Translations under genes and position numbers: made by a program | In this document: positions 62,093 to 64,000 of the stretch, in pieces | Layout: each line of letters starts with the position of its first letter | How positions within the stretch are numbered: the stretch's first letter is position 1 | The notes under the pieces: generated by a model | What the model was told of the DNA's origin: nothing | What the model saw: the letters and a program-made list of their open reading frames with translations, nothing else | Database searches by the model: none | Assembly: GCA_907165135.1 (NCBI GenBank) | Contig: OU015568.1 | Coordinates: 15,015,208 to 15,079,207 of the forward strand | DNA: 64,000 nucleotides | From: Oikopleura dioica | Taxonomy: Eukaryota > Animalia > Chordata | Direction: 5' to 3'

Positions 62093-62434
62093 ATGCGCAT
62101 TTGGGCACGCTTACTAAGCGTCGCTTAGAGTGGGCTTGGGCGTCGTTTAGCTATTTGAGGTGGTCTTCTTTCGCCGCGTCGTTTGACGGGGCGTAAAGAC
62201 TACGGTCAATAAAGACAAGAAGATTTGTATTTGGCACTGAGAGGCCACTGTCATCGGGATCCCACCCGTGGTTTTTTTTTACTTACTGAGCGAGAATTTT
62301 TTTGAGAAAAAAAAAGAAGAAAAGAAGGAGAAAAGTTTTGAAGACAAAAGAAAACTCATAAAACAGCTAGAACGGAGCAAAGAATAGAGAATTAGTTTTG
62401 AAAAGACAAGAGAGTAACCCATCTGACAGTAGAA

Positions 62435-62495
62435 ATGGACGTCGACGAAAACGGCAACCAGTCTGGCGATGACGCGATGGACATTGACGATTTGC
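62435..62495 (+). CDS. Possible first coding exon (MDVDENGNQSGDDAMDIDDL)
   Basis: ATG followed by acidic codons and a GTGAGT donor; downstream exons not resolved. Confidence 0.3.
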
Positions 62496-63597
62496 GTGAG
62501 TTACAGTCTTAAGAATTTATAAATTGAAATTATCAAAATTGAAATTTCATATTACTAAATTGTATTTTCTCCATTAATACACCTTATTTTTGACGTAAAT
62601 GCAGAAAATACATGTAGCTAATCTTGAATAAAGAATCTCGGATACAAATATGAAAATTGAGATCTCACATCTTGACCCCAGCTGACAAGGAGCTAATTAA
62701 AAGATATTTTCGGCGATAAACGTAAATTTTATACTATTTTATATAGGCACCTTGTCTGACGCTTGTCAGATAGGCATCAAGAATCAATTGAACTGTGAAT
62801 AGAAAAATGAACTTTCCTTTCAAGAAGAGGAGTTTTCCGTCTTACGCTTCTTCTCGATTCTGATAGAAAAAGTTAACAAGCCGATAACATTTTCATAAAT
62901 TTGGAAAAAGTTCCGAAGTGGCCGGAATCCGAAATTCTGAGCAAGTTCAAGATCGAGGCGCCACTAGAGGGTCGAAAAAGGCGCTCATCAAAGGAGGAGC
63001 CGGCGGCGCGTGTGCCCAAGGGCGTGTGAGACACCTTCAGGCGGATTCGAATGATTTTAGCCTTAGGCGTCGTCTTTCTTTTTGCTAAAACCGCCTTTTA
63101 TGGGAGAGTAAATGACGTCCCTCGCAACTGCCAAGGGCCTGCTCGAACTACATTTTCATAAGGCACACAGAGACGACCAGAAAAAATAAATTCACCATTT
63201 TAAAATCAAGAGTGTCTCTAGAACGCCGATTATTTATTGTTGAAGACAAGGAGGAAAAATAAGAGAGATTCAGTTGAGAAGCGGCAAAATAGGAAAAGGG
63301 CGCATTTTTGATTGATTACTTTTTTTGTAAGAAAATTTTTTATATAAGCCATAAAAATGATAATCGTTGTTAATTATTGACCAAGAAAAAAATTGGGGTT
63401 TATTGAAAATCCAGCAAAAATTTATTGAATTTTTCGAAAGTTTTTTTTTGAAAAAAGTGTTCTGAAAATTGATTTTTTTAGCTGGATTCTATTTACTTTC
63501 CACGGTCATAATCTCGAGTAATTGATTATTTTAACTCTTAGAGCTTAGAGCGGAGGCGATTTAGTTTTTACACTGAAGCAAGCCTTTTTTGAAAGAG

Positions 63598-63775
63598 ATG
63601 AATTTTAAAAAGCTCCTGCCTTGTTGGAACAAGGACAAGGCTGCTCAGGCGGAGCAGGAGCCGGCCACTGAGCCGGAGATCAAGCAGAGCGAGGAAAACG
63701 CCCCAACTCTTAAAAACTCGAAAATCTCGAACTCACAGTCAAACGCCAGCTCGGTCGATGACGAGCCAGATGAAG
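63598..63775 (+). CDS. First coding exon of a gene continuing beyond the window (MNFKKLLPCWNK...)
   Basis: GC3-rich codons, acidic linker-like sequence, GTAGAT donor at 63776. Confidence 0.55.
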
Positions 63776-64000
63776 GTAGATATTTATTGGCTTGACCTTA
63801 CTCCCCTCGCACACTCGCCGCATTATTTATCTTCGACTCTAATGGGTTCAAAACTGATCACTTTTCAAACCAGTTTATCTTCGTTTTCTTTAAATTATCA
63901 ATCTTTCGGGTAAAAGTGGAGGTTTACAATTGTCAATCAAGAGCCGGCTTTTCAGGCGGATTATGCTCATTTTTGAGTTGTCAAATATTATTTAATCCGT

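Overview
AT-rich, extremely compact eukaryotic DNA with 40-50 nt introns, some GA/GC donors and operon-like gene spacing. The most likely source is the larvacean tunicate Oikopleura, which is an inference from these traits. Bases 1-17445 are the right-hand part of an apparently intact Polinton/Maverick-type endogenous virus. Its core genes encode a protein-primed DNA polymerase B (a 786-codon ORF running off the left edge, absent from the ORF track), a double-jelly-roll major capsid protein with a large insertion, a protamine-like Arg-rich protein, a DDE integrase with a ~390 aa N-terminal extension and an A32/FtsK-like packaging ATPase. An ~9 kb accessory arm follows, containing three small paralog families, and the element ends in an ACTACT terminus. 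Many of the viral genes carry host-type ~45 nt introns, and several have splice acceptors immediately before the ATG, like the host operon genes. The host DNA to the right contains an unannotated two-exon neuropeptide-like precursor (AVPFLF x2), a GH35 beta-galactosidase, a secreted Gln/His/Gly-rich protein and an IRF4/8/9-like factor. It then has a minus-strand operon-like run (ACAD9-like, APPBP2, MRPS2, SIL1, PIGN, TMEM50, SEM1), an LRR gene, glycerol kinase and a small 4-Cys secreted protein. That protein lies head-to-head with a large single-pass protein of architecture signal peptide-6xFN3-ALK/LTK glycine-rich domain-TM-disordered tail, with no kinase. Several intronic or intergenic MITE/foldback elements are present, one nested inside another. 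Family calls come from motif recognition by eye; no database searches were run.
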